A stretch of 64,000 nucleotides of DNA from Cyanobacteriota bacterium (GTDB taxonomy: Bacteria; Cyanobacteriota; Cyanobacteriia; PCC-6307; Cyanobiaceae): assembly GCA_027620015.1 (NCBI GenBank), contig JAQCGH010000003.1, positions 3,230 through 67,229 of the forward strand, given 5' to 3'. Under the pieces are notes generated by a model. It was not told the origin of the DNA. It searched no databases and saw nothing but the letters and a program-made list of their open reading frames with translations. The position numbers were made by a program, and so were the translations under genes. Below, piece after piece: positions 43,040 to 54,098 of this stretch. Each line of letters begins with the position of its first letter. Positions within the stretch are counted from its first letter, which is position 1.

Positions 43040-43396
43040 ATGTCCAAGGGCCACAGTCTGCGCGTGACCGCTGTTGCAGCCTCCGAGCTGGGCCGGCACG
43101 CAGCTGTGGCTGGCACTCCTGGAATGATGCATCTGGATTTAATAGATGGGCGCTGTGAACGCTGGGCGATTCGATTGCGTCCCGGCCACTTGGCAGGCAC
43201 GCCGATTGCACGCGCCGATGGCATCACCCTCTATGCGCCAGCAGAGCAGCTAAATCTGCTAACTGGCCTGAGCCTGGACTACCGGGGTGACATCAGCGGC
43301 GGAGGCTTTCTGATACGACCAGGCGAAGGCATGGTGAGTTGCGCCTGCGGCACTGCATTCAGCCGCTCAGGGGAAGGAAGACAGGCGACCCAGTAG
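43040..43396 (+). CDS. HesB/IscA-like (A-type Fe-S carrier-like) protein
   Basis: LRVTAVAASEL N-terminus, DGRC, LDYRGDISGGGF, C-terminal CACGTAF. Confidence 0.75.
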   Translation: MSKGHSLRVTAVAASELGRHAAVAGTPGMMHLDLIDGRCERWAIRLRPGHLAGTPIARADGITLYAPAEQLNLLTGLSLDYRGDISGGGFLIRPGEGMVSCACGTAFSRSGEGRQATQ

Positions 43397-43462
43397 GGTG
43401 GCGAATTGTCGAAATCGGTCGGAAGCCCCGACCAATATTTTCCGACCAGACCCCGGTCCTCG

Positions 43463-43837
43463 ATGCCCACAATTCAGCAGCTAATTCGTACTGAGCGACA
43501 GAGTCTTTCTCGGAAGACCAAGTCGCCTGCCCTGCGCGCTTGTCCCGAGCGTCGAGGTGTTTGCACACGCGTCTACACCTCCACCCCCAAGAAGCCGAAT
43601 TCGGCCCTGCGCAAGGTGGCTCGAGTGCGCCTCACCTCTGGCTTTGAGGTCACCGCCTACATCCCCGGCATCGGGCACAACCTTCAGGAGCACTCTGTGG
43701 TTCTGATCCGGGGCGGACGTGTCAAAGACCTACCTGGCGTTCGTTACCACATCATCCGCGGCACCCTGGACACCGCGGGCGTCAAGGACCGTCGCCAGTC
43801 CCGCTCTAAGTACGGCGCCAAGACGCCAAAAAGCTGA
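43463..43837 (+). CDS. rpsL: 30S ribosomal protein S12
   Basis: MPTIQQLIR...[11 protein letters not shown]...[10 protein letters not shown]. Confidence 0.99.
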   Translation: MPTIQQLIRTERQSLSRKTKSPALRACPERRGVCTRVYTSTPKKPNSALRKVARVRLTSGFEVTAYIPGIGHNLQEHSVVLIRGGRVKDLPGVRYHIIRGTLDTAGVKDRRQSRSKYGAKTPKS

Positions 43838-43943
43838 AGCCGATTGGCACAGCGTGACTAGCCGCTGAACAGCAAATTCAGCAAAGGGCCTCTCCGAAGC
43901 CCGCTCCTCTTCCTTCCCCTATTTCTCCCCGCTCCGGTCGACC

Positions 43944-44414
43944 ATGTCTCGCCGCAATGCCGCCGAGAAGCGCCCAGTGCTTCCCGACCCCCAATTCAAC
44001 AGCCGCCTAGCCTCCATGATCGTGGCCCGGCTCATGAAGCACGGCAAAAAGTCCACTGCACAGCGCATTCTTTCGGATGCTTTCTCCTTGATCAACAACC
44101 GCACTGGTACTGATCCCCTGGAGCTGTTTGAAACTGCCGTACGCAATGCCACCCCGTTGGTTGAGGTTCGTGCTCGCCGGGTTGGCGGTGCCACTTACCA
44201 GGTGCCGATGGAAGTTCGCCAAGAGCGTGGTACAGCCATGGCTCTGCGCTGGCTGGTGAATTTCTCCCGCGCCCGCAACGGTCGCAGCATGGCCCAGAAA
44301 TTGGCCGGCGAGCTTATGGATGCAGCCAACGAAGCCGGTAGCGCGGTTCGCAAGAGGGAAGAGACCCACAAGATGGCAGAAGCCAACAAGGCTTTCGCTC
44401 ACTACCGCTACTGA
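43944..44414 (+). CDS. rpsG: 30S ribosomal protein S7
   Basis: [11 protein letters not shown]...[13 protein letters not shown]. Confidence 0.99.
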   Translation: MSRRNAAEKRPVLPDPQFNSRLASMIVARLMKHGKKSTAQRILSDAFSLINNRTGTDPLELFETAVRNATPLVEVRARRVGGATYQVPMEVRQERGTAMALRWLVNFSRARNGRSMAQKLAGELMDAANEAGSAVRKREETHKMAEANKAFAHYRY

Positions 44415-44511
44415 TCTTGCCTAACTGCTGAAGCTCAGGGCGGCTTCAGCCTCTACAGACCGGGTCTGTAGAGTGATGCCCACGTTTGATGACCTTTCGG
44501 AGACCTCCCCC

Positions 44512-46587
44512 GTGGCCCGCGCCTTTCCACTGGAACGCGTAAGAAATATTGGTATTGCCGCCCACATCGATGCGGGCAAAACCACAACAACTGAAAGAAT
44601 TCTGTTCTACTCAGGCGTTGTCCACAAGATGGGCGAGGTGCACGACGGTGCAGCCGTCACCGACTGGATGGCGCAGGAGCGCGAACGTGGTATCACCATT
44701 ACCGCAGCGGCCATTTCCACCACCTGGAAAGACAACCGCATCAACATCATCGACACACCCGGACACGTCGACTTCACCATCGAAGTCGAACGTTCGATGC
44801 GGGTCTTAGATGGCGTAGTCGCTGTCTTCTGTGCCGTTGGTGGTGTACAGCCGCAGTCAGAAACTGTCTGGCGTCAGGCTGATCGCTACAACGTTCCGAG
44901 GATCGTGTTCGTCAACAAGATGGACCGGACCGGTGCCGACTTCCTGAAGGTCTATGAGCAGATCAAGGATCGGCTCAAAGCCAATGCAGCCCCGATCCAG
45001 CTGCCAATAGGAGCCGAAGGGGAATTAAAGGGAATTATCGACCTTGTGCGAAACAAGGCAGTTATTTACACCAATGATCTCGGCACTGACATCATTGAAA
45101 GTGAAATACCCGAAAATATGGTTGAAGAGGCTCAAAAGTGGCGCCTCAAGTTGATGGAAACGGTTGCTGAATCTAACGAAGATTTAATTGATTCCTTCCT
45201 TGAAAATGGTGAGCTCACCGAAGAGCAGTTAATCGATGGCATCCGCAAGGCAACCATCCACAGCGGCTTAGTACCGATTGTCTGTGGCTCAGCCTTCAAA
45301 AACAAGGGTGTGCAGTTGGTTCTTGATGCGGTAGTCGACTACCTACCAGCACCAGTTGACCTACCTCCCATCACTGGCCTCATGCCAGATGGCAGCGAGT
45401 CAGATCGGCCCTGCGACGACAGCGCGCCCTTCAGCGCCTTGGCCTTCAAAGTGATGGCTGATCCCTACGGGAAGCTCACTTTTGTGCGCATCTATTCCGG
45501 GGTGCTGAACAAAGGTAGCTACGTACTCAATTCCACCAAGGATAAGAAGGAGCGCATTTCCCGCTTGATCCTGCTCAAGGCCATTGACCGCGAAGAGGTG
45601 GACGAGCTCCGTGCAGGTGACCTTGGTGCAGTCTTGGGCCTTAAAGACACCACCACTGGAGACACACTTTGCGTCGAATCTGACCCGATCATCCTCGAAT
45701 CGCTCTTCATCCCTGAGCCAGTGATCTCAGTGGCTGTCGAGCCGAAAACCAAGGGTGATATGGAAAAGCTTTCCAAAGCTCTTCAGTCACTTTCAGAAGA
45801 AGACCCCACTTTCCGGGTCTCCACCGATCCAGAAACCAGCCAGACAGTAATTGCTGGCATGGGTGAACTCCACCTTGAAATCTTGGTGGATCGGATGCTG
45901 CGCGAATTCAATGTTCAAGCAAATATCGGCGCACCTCAAGTGTCGTATCGCGAAACCATTCGCACCAGCTCCAAGGGGGAAGGAAAATATGCCCGTCAGA
46001 CTGGTGGCAAAGGTCAATACGGCCACGTAGTGATCGAAATGGAGCCAGGAGAGCCAGGCACAGGTTTCGAATTCGTCAATAAAATTGTCGGTGGCATCGT
46101 TCCCAAGGAGTACATCGGTCCCGCAGAGGCTGGCATGAAGGAGACCTGCCAATCCGGTGTGATTGCTGGTTTCCCCATGATCGACGTCAGGGCAACCATG
46201 GTTGACGGCTCGTACCACGACGTCGACTCCTCGGAGATGGCATTTAAAATTGCCGGATCCATGGCCTTCAAAGACGCCGTCAAGAAGTGCAATCCCGTAC
46301 TCCTTGAGCCAATGATGAAGGTGGAAGTCGAGATCCCCGAGGATTATCTTGGGTCTGTCATCGGCGACCTTTCATCCCGTCGAGGTCAGGTCGAAGGGCA
46401 GTCCATTGACAAAGGTCAGTCCAAGGTCCAAACAAAAGTGCCCCTGGCCGAAATGTTCGGCTACGCCACCCAGCTCCGATCCATGACCCAGGGTCGGGGT
46501 ATTTTCTCGATGGAGTTCAGTCATTACGAGGAAGTTCCTCGCAATGTGGCTGAGGCCATCATCTCCAAGAATCAGGGCAATTCCTGA
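44512..46587 (+). CDS. fusA: Elongation factor G (691 aa)
   Basis: GTG start; [31 protein letters not shown]. Confidence 0.99.
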   Translation: MARAFPLERVRNIGIAAHIDAGKTTTTERILFYSGVVHKMGEVHDGAAVTDWMAQERERGITITAAAISTTWKDNRINIIDTPGHVDFTIEVERSMRVLDGVVAVFCAVGGVQPQSETVWRQADRYNVPRIVFVNKMDRTGADFLKVYEQIKDRLKANAAPIQLPIGAEGELKGIIDLVRNKAVIYTNDLGTDIIESEIPENMVEEAQKWRLKLMETVAESNEDLIDSFLENGELTEEQLIDGIRKATIHSGLVPIVCGSAFKNKGVQLVLDAVVDYLPAPVDLPPITGLMPDGSESDRPCDDSAPFSALAFKVMADPYGKLTFVRIYSGVLNKGSYVLNSTKDKKERISRLILLKAIDREEVDELRAGDLGAVLGLKDTTTGDTLCVESDPIILESLFIPEPVISVAVEPKTKGDMEKLSKALQSLSEEDPTFRVSTDPETSQTVIAGMGELHLEILVDRMLREFNVQANIGAPQVSYRETIRTSSKGEGKYARQTGGKGQYGHVVIEMEPGEPGTGFEFVNKIVGGIVPKEYIGPAEAGMKETCQSGVIAGFPMIDVRATMVDGSYHDVDSSEMAFKIAGSMAFKDAVKKCNPVLLEPMMKVEVEIPEDYLGSVIGDLSSRRGQVEGQSIDKGQSKVQTKVPLAEMFGYATQLRSMTQGRGIFSMEFSHYEEVPRNVAEAIISKNQGNS

Positions 46588-46626
46588 TCTCTCCTCTACC
46601 CCCTAACCCCCCGATTCTTTCTACTC

Positions 46627-47856
46627 ATGGCACGCGAGAAGTTCGAAAGGAACAAACCCCACGTCAACATTGGCACCATCGGCCACGTTGACCACGGCAA
46701 AACCACCCTCACGGCTGCCATCACCAACGTGTTGGCGTCACAAGGCATGGCCAAGGCTCAAGCCTACGACGAAATCGATGGTGCTCCTGAGGAGAAAGAA
46801 CGGGGCATCACTATCAACACGGCACACGTTGAGTATGAAACCGCAAAGCGTCACTACGCTCACGTGGACTGCCCGGGCCACGCTGACTACGTCAAGAACA
46901 TGATCACCGGTGCCGCCCAAATGGACGGCGCGATCCTGGTAGTAGCCGCAACCGACGGGCCGATGGCCCAAACCAAGGAACATATTCTGCTTGCAAAGCA
47001 GGTTGGCGTTCCCTCCCTAGTGGTTTTCCTCAACAAGAAGGACATGGTCGACGACGAGGAAATCCTCGAGCTCGTCGAACTGGAGATGCGCGAGCTGCTC
47101 AGCAGCTACGACTTCCCTGGCGATGACATCCCCGTGGTGACAGGTTCAGCACTCAAAGCCCTTGAATTTATCCAAGCTGGCAACAAAGCTGAGCGCGGCG
47201 CCAATGAGTGGATTGACAAGATTCTCGACCTAATGGATGCCGTAGACGAGTCGATTCCCGAGCCCGAGCGCGAAATCGACAAGCCATTCCTGATGGCTAT
47301 CGAGGACGTTTTCTCAATCACTGGTCGCGGCACCGTGGCAACTGGCCGTATCGAACGCGGCAAGGTAAAGGTTGGCGAAACCGTTCAAATCGTCGGCATC
47401 CGCGACACCCGCGAGACCACTGTCACCGGCGTGGAGATGTTCCGCAAGCTGCTTGAGGAGGGATTGGCTGGCGACAACTGTGGACTACTGCTGCGCGGTA
47501 TCCAGAAGGAGGACATTGAACGCGGCATGGTGCTGGTCAAGCCCAACTCGATCAAGCCCCATACCAAGTTCGAAGGTGAGGTTTATGTGCTCAAGAAGGA
47601 AGAGGGTGGCCGCCACACCCCCTTCTTTGCTGGCTATCGCCCCCAGTTCTACATCCGTACAACGGACGTAACTGGCCAAATCACTGCCTTCACATCTGAC
47701 GACGGTGCCAACGTCGAAATGGTTATGCCCGGCGACCGTATCAAGATGACCGGCGAGCTCATCTGCCCGGTGGCCATCGAACAGGGCATGCGCTTCGCTA
47801 TTCGCGAAGGTGGCCGCACCATCGGTGCTGGCGTGGTCTCTAAAATCATCGCCTGA
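46627..47856 (+). CDS. tufA: Elongation factor Tu (409 aa)
   Basis: [24 protein letters not shown]; carries the cyanobacterial/plastid-type insert near [14 protein letters not shown]. Confidence 0.99.
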   Translation: MAREKFERNKPHVNIGTIGHVDHGKTTLTAAITNVLASQGMAKAQAYDEIDGAPEEKERGITINTAHVEYETAKRHYAHVDCPGHADYVKNMITGAAQMDGAILVVAATDGPMAQTKEHILLAKQVGVPSLVVFLNKKDMVDDEEILELVELEMRELLSSYDFPGDDIPVVTGSALKALEFIQAGNKAERGANEWIDKILDLMDAVDESIPEPEREIDKPFLMAIEDVFSITGRGTVATGRIERGKVKVGETVQIVGIRDTRETTVTGVEMFRKLLEEGLAGDNCGLLLRGIQKEDIERGMVLVKPNSIKPHTKFEGEVYVLKKEEGGRHTPFFAGYRPQFYIRTTDVTGQITAFTSDDGANVEMVMPGDRIKMTGELICPVAIEQGMRFAIREGGRTIGAGVVSKIIA

Positions 47857-47873
47857 GCTTGAGGTAGGTTTTA

Positions 47874-47901
47874 GGGGTGAGACTTTATAGGTCTTCACCC
47901 C
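47874..47901 (+). other. Intercistronic stem-loop between tufA and rpsJ (no U-tract)
   Basis: GGGGTGA-GAC...GTC-T-TCACCCC. Confidence 0.5.
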
Positions 47902-47979
47902 ACCTGCCGCTCCTCGACAATCCAGCTCCACCAGCCACCCGGGCCTTCCGCCCAGGAGCTTCCTGACGCCTGATCTGAC

Positions 47980-48300
47980 ATGTCCGCCACCATTGCCCAG
48001 CAGAAGATCCGCATTCGCCTCAAGGCGTTTGACCGCCGAATGCTTGATCTCTCCTGCGAAAAAATCATCGAAACTGCCGACCACACCGCCGCAACGGCGA
48101 TTGGCCCAATTCCGCTGCCCACTAAGCGCAAGATCTACTGCGTACTGCGTTCACCCCACGTCGACAAGGACTCTCGCGAGCACTTCGAGACTCGCACCCA
48201 TCGTCGCATCATCGATATCTACAGTCCTTCGGCAAAGACGATCGACGCACTAATGAAGCTTGATCTGCCTAGCGGCGTTGATATCGAAGTCAAGCTCTGA
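47980..48300 (+). CDS. rpsJ: 30S ribosomal protein S10
   Basis: [10 protein letters not shown]...GPIPLPTK...[11 protein letters not shown]. Confidence 0.99.
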   Translation: MSATIAQQKIRIRLKAFDRRMLDLSCEKIIETADHTAATAIGPIPLPTKRKIYCVLRSPHVDKDSREHFETRTHRRIIDIYSPSAKTIDALMKLDLPSGVDIEVKL

Positions 48301-48334
48301 ACTCAATAGCAGCTAACCCTGCCAACCCAGCCCC

Positions 48335-48366
48335 TGTCACGCCAACCCGTGGCGGGGGCATTTTTT
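48335..48366 (+). terminator. Terminator of the str operon
   Basis: CGCCA/TGGCG and TGTC/GGCA stems followed by T6. Confidence 0.65.
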
Positions 48367-48397
48367 CTAGGATGTGTATGCATCTCCTTTTCAAGCC

Positions 48398-49045
48398 ATG
48401 GGCGAGCTGGCCGTAAGGGAGCTGCCGTTGTTTCCCTTGCCCGACGTGGTGCTCTTCCCCCAGGAAGTACTACCGCTTCATATTTTTGAGCCTCGTTACC
48501 GGATGCTGCTACGCACAGTGATGGCCGGAGACCAGCGCTTCGGTGTTGTGCGTTGGGACCCTCAAAACCAGACCATGGCCGATGTTGGCTGCTGTGCCGA
48601 GATCCTGCACTGTCAGAACCAGGACGACGACCACAGCAACATCGTGACGATAGGGCAGCAGCGTTTTCGCATACTTGACATCGTGCGGGAAGCGCCCTTT
48701 CGCGTGGGAATGGTGAGCTGGATTGAGGATGAGCCCGAAACAAGTCATGCGGAGCTGACTGCGTTGGCGGGCAATGTCGGCCAGGCTCTGCGGGACGTGG
48801 TCGAACTCACTGGCAAATTGATTGGCAAGCCGGCGAGCCTGCCCAATGACCTTCCCGACCTGCCCCGGGAGCTGTCGTTCTGGATCGGAGCCCACCTGGG
48901 TGGCCCTGTAGCCGACCACCAGCAAGCCCTACTGGAGATCACTGACACCAGCGAGCGCCTACGCCAGGAATATGAACTGCTGGATCAGACCCGCAGGCAG
49001 TTGGCGGCACGCACCGTGCTCAAAGACACCTTCCAGCCCCAATAA
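48398..49045 (+). CDS. LON peptidase substrate-binding (LON-N) domain protein
   Basis: LPLFPL..VVLFP...LHIFEPRYR...RFGV; no AAA or protease domain. Confidence 0.9.
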   Translation: MGELAVRELPLFPLPDVVLFPQEVLPLHIFEPRYRMLLRTVMAGDQRFGVVRWDPQNQTMADVGCCAEILHCQNQDDDHSNIVTIGQQRFRILDIVREAPFRVGMVSWIEDEPETSHAELTALAGNVGQALRDVVELTGKLIGKPASLPNDLPDLPRELSFWIGAHLGGPVADHQQALLEITDTSERLRQEYELLDQTRRQLAARTVLKDTFQPQ

Positions 49046-49053
49046 CGCCTGCC

Positions 49054-50037
49054 ATGACCGTACTGAGCTGGCCCCTGGTCACCACCATCGGGGCCGGAGC
49101 CCTTGGCTGCCTTGCCGTCGCCCTATCAGCTCGCCTCTGGCTGAAACGCAGGCGGCGTTATGTGTCCTCTGCAAGCGTGGCAGATGCCTACGACCGCTGG
49201 ACCAATGACCAGCTGCTGGAGCGGCTCTGGGGGGACCATATTCACCTGGGCTACTACCGCCAGAGCGGTAGCGGCAAAAAACGCTACCAGGATTTCCGAG
49301 TTGCCAAAGAAACCTTCGTCCACGAACTGGCGCGCTGGAGCGGCCTCGACCAACTTCCCGCCGGCGCCACGGTGCTTGATGTGGGCTGCGGCATTGGCGG
49401 CAGCGCCCGCATCCTGGCAAAGGACTACGGACTAAATGTTCTAGGCATCAGCATCAGCCCAGCTCAGATCGCCCGGGCCACAGCTCTCACTCCAGCCGGC
49501 CTCAGCTGCCGCTTTGCCGTGATGGATGCCATGGCCCTGGAAATTACTAACTCCAGCTTCGATGCCGTCTGGAGTGTGGAGGCCTGCCCCCATATGCCCG
49601 ACAAGCAGCGCTATGCCGATGAGTTGTTGCGCGTGCTCAAACCAGGTGGCCAAATAGCTGTAGCTGACTGGAACCGGCGCGATACGGCAGATGGCGCCAT
49701 GAATCCACAAGAGCGTTGGGTGATGCGCCAGTTGCTTGAACAGTGGGCCCACCCCGAATTCGCCAGCATCCGCGGGCTGCAATACCATCTCGAATCCAGT
49801 GCCCAATCTGGCGGCATCAGCATCGAAACCGGCGACTGGACCAGCGCCACCTTGCCCTCCTGGATCGAATCAATCATTGAGGGGGGCCGCCGGCCCGGTG
49901 CCATTCTTGGCCTGGGTCCAGCCGCAGTTCTGCAAGGCCTGCGCGAAACTCCCACGATCCTGCTAATGCGCTGGGCATTCGCCACCGGACTGATGCAATT
50001 TGGCGTCTTCCGCGGTCGCAAGCCCGGCCAGGTCTAA
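49054..50037 (+). CDS. SAM methyltransferase, MPBQ/MSBQ or tocopherol methyltransferase family (Sll0418-like)
   Basis: WGDHIHLGYY, VLDVGCGIGG, FDAVWSVE...HMPDK, VADWNRRD. Confidence 0.8.
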   Translation: MTVLSWPLVTTIGAGALGCLAVALSARLWLKRRRRYVSSASVADAYDRWTNDQLLERLWGDHIHLGYYRQSGSGKKRYQDFRVAKETFVHELARWSGLDQLPAGATVLDVGCGIGGSARILAKDYGLNVLGISISPAQIARATALTPAGLSCRFAVMDAMALEITNSSFDAVWSVEACPHMPDKQRYADELLRVLKPGGQIAVADWNRRDTADGAMNPQERWVMRQLLEQWAHPEFASIRGLQYHLESSAQSGGISIETGDWTSATLPSWIESIIEGGRRPGAILGLGPAAVLQGLRETPTILLMRWAFATGLMQFGVFRGRKPGQV

Positions 50038-50044
50038 ACGTCTC

Positions 50045-50872
50045 CTAAGCCAGGTTGGTGATTGGATAGGCGCCAAAAAGGGCTAAATGCTCGCAAAGGG
50101 GCGTTAGCTCAGCAAGGGCTGCCTCCAGCGAAGCCGATCCGTCGGCAAGCTCTAGGTCAACGAAAAATATGTACTCACCCATCTCCCTCTTTGATGGGCG
50201 CGACTCGATTCGGGCCATGTTGAGCCCGCGCTGGGCAAAGCAACCAAGGGCTTCGAGCAGGGCCCCTGGCTGGTTGGAGTGCAAGGAGAAGGCGAGGCTT
50301 GCCATCGGGCCCTGCGATGAGCGATTTCCCCGCCGGAGCAATAGAAAGCGAGTGCAATTACCCGCCACATCATTGATCGGGTAGGCCAGCTCCAGCAGGC
50401 CATGCTCCTTGCCAGCTTGCTGGGAGGCGATCGCCGCCCGGAAGCGACTGCCGACGACCATGCGGGCCGCCTCCGCCGTAGAGCTGGTGGGCAACTGCAG
50501 AGCCTGGGGCAGCTGTTCCGACAGCCACTGGCTGCACTGGGCCAGAGCCTGGGGATGGGATAAAACCTCACTCACTCCAGAAATCGGTCCGCTGCCAAGC
50601 AAGGCATGGCGGATCGGCAGCACCAAGGCCCGGGCCACGCTGAGATCCGGATGCTCCCAAAGCGCGTCTAGACAGGCCGTCACTCCCCCCTCCACTGAAT
50701 TCTCCACAGGCACCACTGCCGCATCACAGCTGCCCTGGGCCAGGGCCTGAACAACGGCCCGAATACCCAGCTGAGGCAGCAATTCAGGATTGGCGACACC
50801 TTCCAACTCGGCCAGTTGTCGGGTTGCCTGCTCGCCGTAGGTGCCAGCCGGCCCGAGAAAGGCAAAACGCAT
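50045..50872 (-). CDS. pheA: Prephenate dehydratase
   Basis: AFLGPAGTY, PVENSVEG, SHPQALAQC, NCTRF, ACT domain IESRP. Confidence 0.96.
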   Translation of the reverse strand: MRFAFLGPAGTYGEQATRQLAELEGVANPELLPQLGIRAVVQALAQGSCDAAVVPVENSVEGGVTACLDALWEHPDLSVARALVLPIRHALLGSGPISGVSEVLSHPQALAQCSQWLSEQLPQALQLPTSSTAEAARMVVGSRFRAAIASQQAGKEHGLLELAYPINDVAGNCTRFLLLRRGNRSSQGPMASLAFSLHSNQPGALLEALGCFAQRGLNMARIESRPSKREMGEYIFFVDLELADGSASLEAALAELTPLCEHLALFGAYPITNLA

Positions 50873-50941
50873 CGTTTCCGAAACCGAGGAGAGGTCATCG
50901 AGTGATGACAGATAGGATCATGCCTCGCCGGCCCACAGGCC

Positions 50942-51454
50942 ATGCCCCTGGCCTTCAGCGCCAGTCAGCAACTGCAACTTGACGTGAGCCACCAGCCTGA
51001 ACGGCTGGCCGCTTACTTGAGCGATCAGGATCGCGTAGTCAAAGCACTGCTTGATCCCAACCAGCTTGAGCCAATTAGCCCAGGTCGCTATCGCTACGCG
51101 GTGACCCATTTGCAGGTGTTTCAACTGCAAATTCAGCCAGTGGTAGATCTGCGCATCCGCCTGGCCCAAGGCCGTTTGGTGCTTGAAGCCACCGATTGTG
51201 AGCTGGAAGGATTGGGGCTAGTTGATGATTTCCAGCTCACCCTGGGATCCTGGTTGGCAGCGGGTGCCAACGGGCTGGAAGGGGAAGCCAGCTTGGCAGT
51301 GACGGTTAGTCAGCCTTCTCTGCTCAAGCTGATTCCTGCCAAGGTGCTGGAGGCTACCGGCCGCACCTTGTTGGCAGGCATCCTGTTGGGCATAAAGGGT
51401 CGGGTGGGACAGCAGCTGCTCAGCGACTATCGCCTCTGGTGCCAGGAGCACTGA
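50942..51454 (+). CDS. DUF1997-family protein
   Basis: Resembles picocyanobacterial DUF1997 proteins (YL....RVV.ALLD...L..L.PG.YRY); position between pheA and rnhB. Confidence 0.7.
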   Translation: MPLAFSASQQLQLDVSHQPERLAAYLSDQDRVVKALLDPNQLEPISPGRYRYAVTHLQVFQLQIQPVVDLRIRLAQGRLVLEATDCELEGLGLVDDFQLTLGSWLAAGANGLEGEASLAVTVSQPSLLKLIPAKVLEATGRTLLAGILLGIKGRVGQQLLSDYRLWCQEH

Positions 51455-52061
51455 GCTCCATCCGCCCCAGAAAACTATGGCGATGCAGCGGCGTTGTGCC
51501 CAGGTTTTGTAGGGCGGCACGATGCAAGGCCGTGCCGTAACCAGCGTGTCGTTCCAGCCCATAGCCTGGATAGTGCTTCGCCAGGGCGGTGATCAAGGCG
51601 TCCCGGGCCTGCTTAGCCAGCACACTGGCGGCCGCAATTGCCAAGCAGTGGCTATCACCTCGAACAATTGTGCGCTGATAGCCGTGCCAGCCCCTAAGGG
51701 GCAGCACCCCATCCACCAGCAGTAGCTCAAACGGACAAGACAGTTTCTGCAGGGCGCGGGCCATGGCGAGCTCGGTTGCCAGCCGGATCCCTCCACGATC
51801 GATTTCTGCCGCCGATGCCTGGCCGAGCGCCCAGGAAGACGCCAGACGCTGGATTTCAGGCACCAGGGCCGCCCGGCGGCGGCCTGTGAGCTTTTTGCTA
51901 TCGGTTAGTCCCAGAGCAGTTAAGGGTGCCAGGGCTGCGGCCGGCAGCACCACAGCGGCTGCAAAAACAGGTCCAAAAAGACAGCCGCGACCTACCTCAT
52001 CAACGCCGGCGCACTCGCCTGGATCCCTGCCAAGCCAAGGATCCGGCTCCGGCGGGGCCAC
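51420..52061 (-). CDS. rnhB: Ribonuclease HII
   Basis: [30 protein letters not shown]. Confidence 0.97.
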   Translation of the reverse strand: MAPPEPDPWLGRDPGECAGVDEVGRGCLFGPVFAAAVVLPAAALAPLTALGLTDSKKLTGRRRAALVPEIQRLASSWALGQASAAEIDRGGIRLATELAMARALQKLSCPFELLLVDGVLPLRGWHGYQRTIVRGDSHCLAIAAASVLAKQARDALITALAKHYPGYGLERHAGYGTALHRAALQNLGTTPLHRHSFLGRMELSAPGTRGDSR

Positions 52062-54098
52062 TCAACTGGAGGCAGAAGAGCGTCGACGGCGGCGGCGCGG
52101 CTCGCCTGACTCATCAAGCTCCGGATCAGCGACTGCCACCGCGGTATCGGCTTGGGAGGTTGTGGCTTGGGAAATTTGGGTATTAGCTGCAGAGCTGCGG
52201 GTGCGGCCGCGCCGCGCTGGAATCTCGACCTCTGGAGGAGCAATGCTCGAGCTAGTGGTTACAGAAACAGTGACTACGGTCTCGGGCTCGCTGAGTACTG
52301 GCAGGGACGTGATTTCCACCGGGGCCTGCATAGTCACAGGCTCTAAGCCAGACGAAGGCATGTCACCACTGCCGTACTGAGCGTCACCGGCGGCCGAGTT
52401 ACCACCGCGACCACCTCGTCCCCGCCGGCGGCGGGAGCCAGCAGCGGCAAGCTGCTGCCGGGCTTGATCCAGCACTTCTTCCGCCTCCATGCCGGGGCGT
52501 ACCACCCGGACCACGACGTTGTCGTTGCTGGGGGGCTGCTCTAGCAGCAGGGCGGGATTGAGGCCCATCCAACCAAACACCATTTCCTGATCTGCATCCA
52601 TCGGCACGGCGATCAGCTCCTGATCAAAGCGGCGGGGGGCCGGCTCCATACTGGCTACGCTGCCTGAGACAGGTGTCTCGAATGAGTCGATCTCGACCCC
52701 ATCAGCGGAAATCGTGCCAGGCGCTTCGAGGAACTCACTGCCATTACGCCCGCCTCGACCGCCTCGGCGGCGGCGGCTGGTAGCAGCCTCCGAATTATCG
52801 GGGCTCAGAACCTCAGCGCGAGCAGCTGCGGCGGAGCGCACCAGGCCAGTAAGGGTTGCCAGAGGCTGAAGCGTATCTTTGCCTGGCAGCACGGCCACAT
52901 GACCCAAGCCACCACAACTGGGGCAGGCGCGGCCAAACAGTTCATAGATGTTCTGCCCCTGGCGCTTGCGAGTGAGCTCCACCAAGCCGAGTTCTGTGAG
53001 CTGAGCTATCTGGGGACGGGCTGCATCGTCACGAACAGCCTGGGTGAAATGCTCAAGTAGCTGCAACTGATCACGGCGCGACTCCATATCAATGAAGTCG
53101 ATGATTACAACACCACCGATGTTGCGCAGCTTCAGCTGGCGGCCAATTTCCACCGCCGCTTCGCAGTTGGTCCAGAGCACCGTCTCGCGTGAGTTAGCCG
53201 AGCGAGTGAAGGAACCGGAATTGACATCGATAACAGTGAGAGCCTCGGTGGGCTCGATGATCACGTAGCCGCCGGAAGGCAGATCAACCCGCGGCTTCAA
53301 GGCATCTCGAATGGCGGCATTGACCTTGAAGTGCTCAAGAATTTCCACCGATTCGGTATGAGCTTCCACCAACACAGTGGTGTGATCAGAGCCCAAGAAG
53401 GCATTGGCGCGGGCAACCGCTTCCGGGGTATCAACCACCACCCGTAGTAAGTCAGGGCTGTAAAGATCGCGCAACACGCGATGCACAAAGTCTTCATCGC
53501 GATTGAGCAGCACCGGCGGGCTCGAGTCTTCTGCGGCGGTTTGAATGCCCTCCCACTGGCGGAGCAAGGCTTCAAGGTCGTCGATTAACAGCTCTTCGCT
53601 AACTGCTTCTGCCTCGGTGCGGATTAGGAGGCCGGCTCCTGGTGGCTTGATCAGCACACCAAGAGCCCGCAGTCTATTGCGCTCGTTCTCACCGTTTATG
53701 CGGCGGGAGATATTCACGCCCTGGCCATGGGGCTGCAGCACCAAAAATCGCCCTGGCAAGGCCAGGTTGCCTGTGAGGCGAGGCCCCTTGGTACCCGTGG
53801 GCTCCTTCATCACCTGCACCAACACCTTCTGGCGGGGCTCAAGTAGCTCGGTAATGCCTGCAGCTCCCTTACGCAGCCGCAGAGGGCCCAGATCGGTGAC
53901 ATGAATAAAGCCGTTCTTTTCGCTTTCGCCTATGTTTACAAAAGCGGCATCGATGCCAGGCAAGACATTTTCGACTGTGCCTAAATAGACGTCTCCTATC
54001 TGATAGCGGCCTTGGGCCACAACCAGTTCATCTACACGTTCGTCATTGAGAACTGCGGCGATTCGCAGTTGCTCGGCTATGACTATTTGCTGGGGCAT
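52062..54098 (-). CDS. rne: Ribonuclease E
   Basis: S1 domain, IDVNSG, IDFIDM, Zn-link CPSCGG and C-terminal RRRRRRSSA (cyanobacterial PNPase-binding motif). Confidence 0.98.
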   Translation of the reverse strand: MPQQIVIAEQLRIAAVLNDERVDELVVAQGRYQIGDVYLGTVENVLPGIDAAFVNIGESEKNGFIHVTDLGPLRLRKGAAGITELLEPRQKVLVQVMKEPTGTKGPRLTGNLALPGRFLVLQPHGQGVNISRRINGENERNRLRALGVLIKPPGAGLLIRTEAEAVSEELLIDDLEALLRQWEGIQTAAEDSSPPVLLNRDEDFVHRVLRDLYSPDLLRVVVDTPEAVARANAFLGSDHTTVLVEAHTESVEILEHFKVNAAIRDALKPRVDLPSGGYVIIEPTEALTVIDVNSGSFTRSANSRETVLWTNCEAAVEIGRQLKLRNIGGVVIIDFIDMESRRDQLQLLEHFTQAVRDDAARPQIAQLTELGLVELTRKRQGQNIYELFGRACPSCGGLGHVAVLPGKDTLQPLATLTGLVRSAAAARAEVLSPDNSEAATSRRRRGGRGGRNGSEFLEAPGTISADGVEIDSFETPVSGSVASMEPAPRRFDQELIAVPMDADQEMVFGWMGLNPALLLEQPPSNDNVVVRVVRPGMEAEEVLDQARQQLAAAGSRRRRGRGGRGGNSAAGDAQYGSGDMPSSGLEPVTMQAPVEITSLPVLSEPETVVTVSVTTSSSIAPPEVEIPARRGRTRSSAANTQISQATTSQADTAVAVADPELDESGEPRRRRRRSSASS

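Noticed and set aside
43463-43837. Streptomycin-resistance substitutions in S12
   Set aside because: Lys43 and Lys88 are wild type.
49267-49288. GGTAGCG/CGCTACC inverted repeat inside the methyltransferase gene
   Set aside because: A 7-bp stem in coding sequence with no U-tract or second copy; likely chance.
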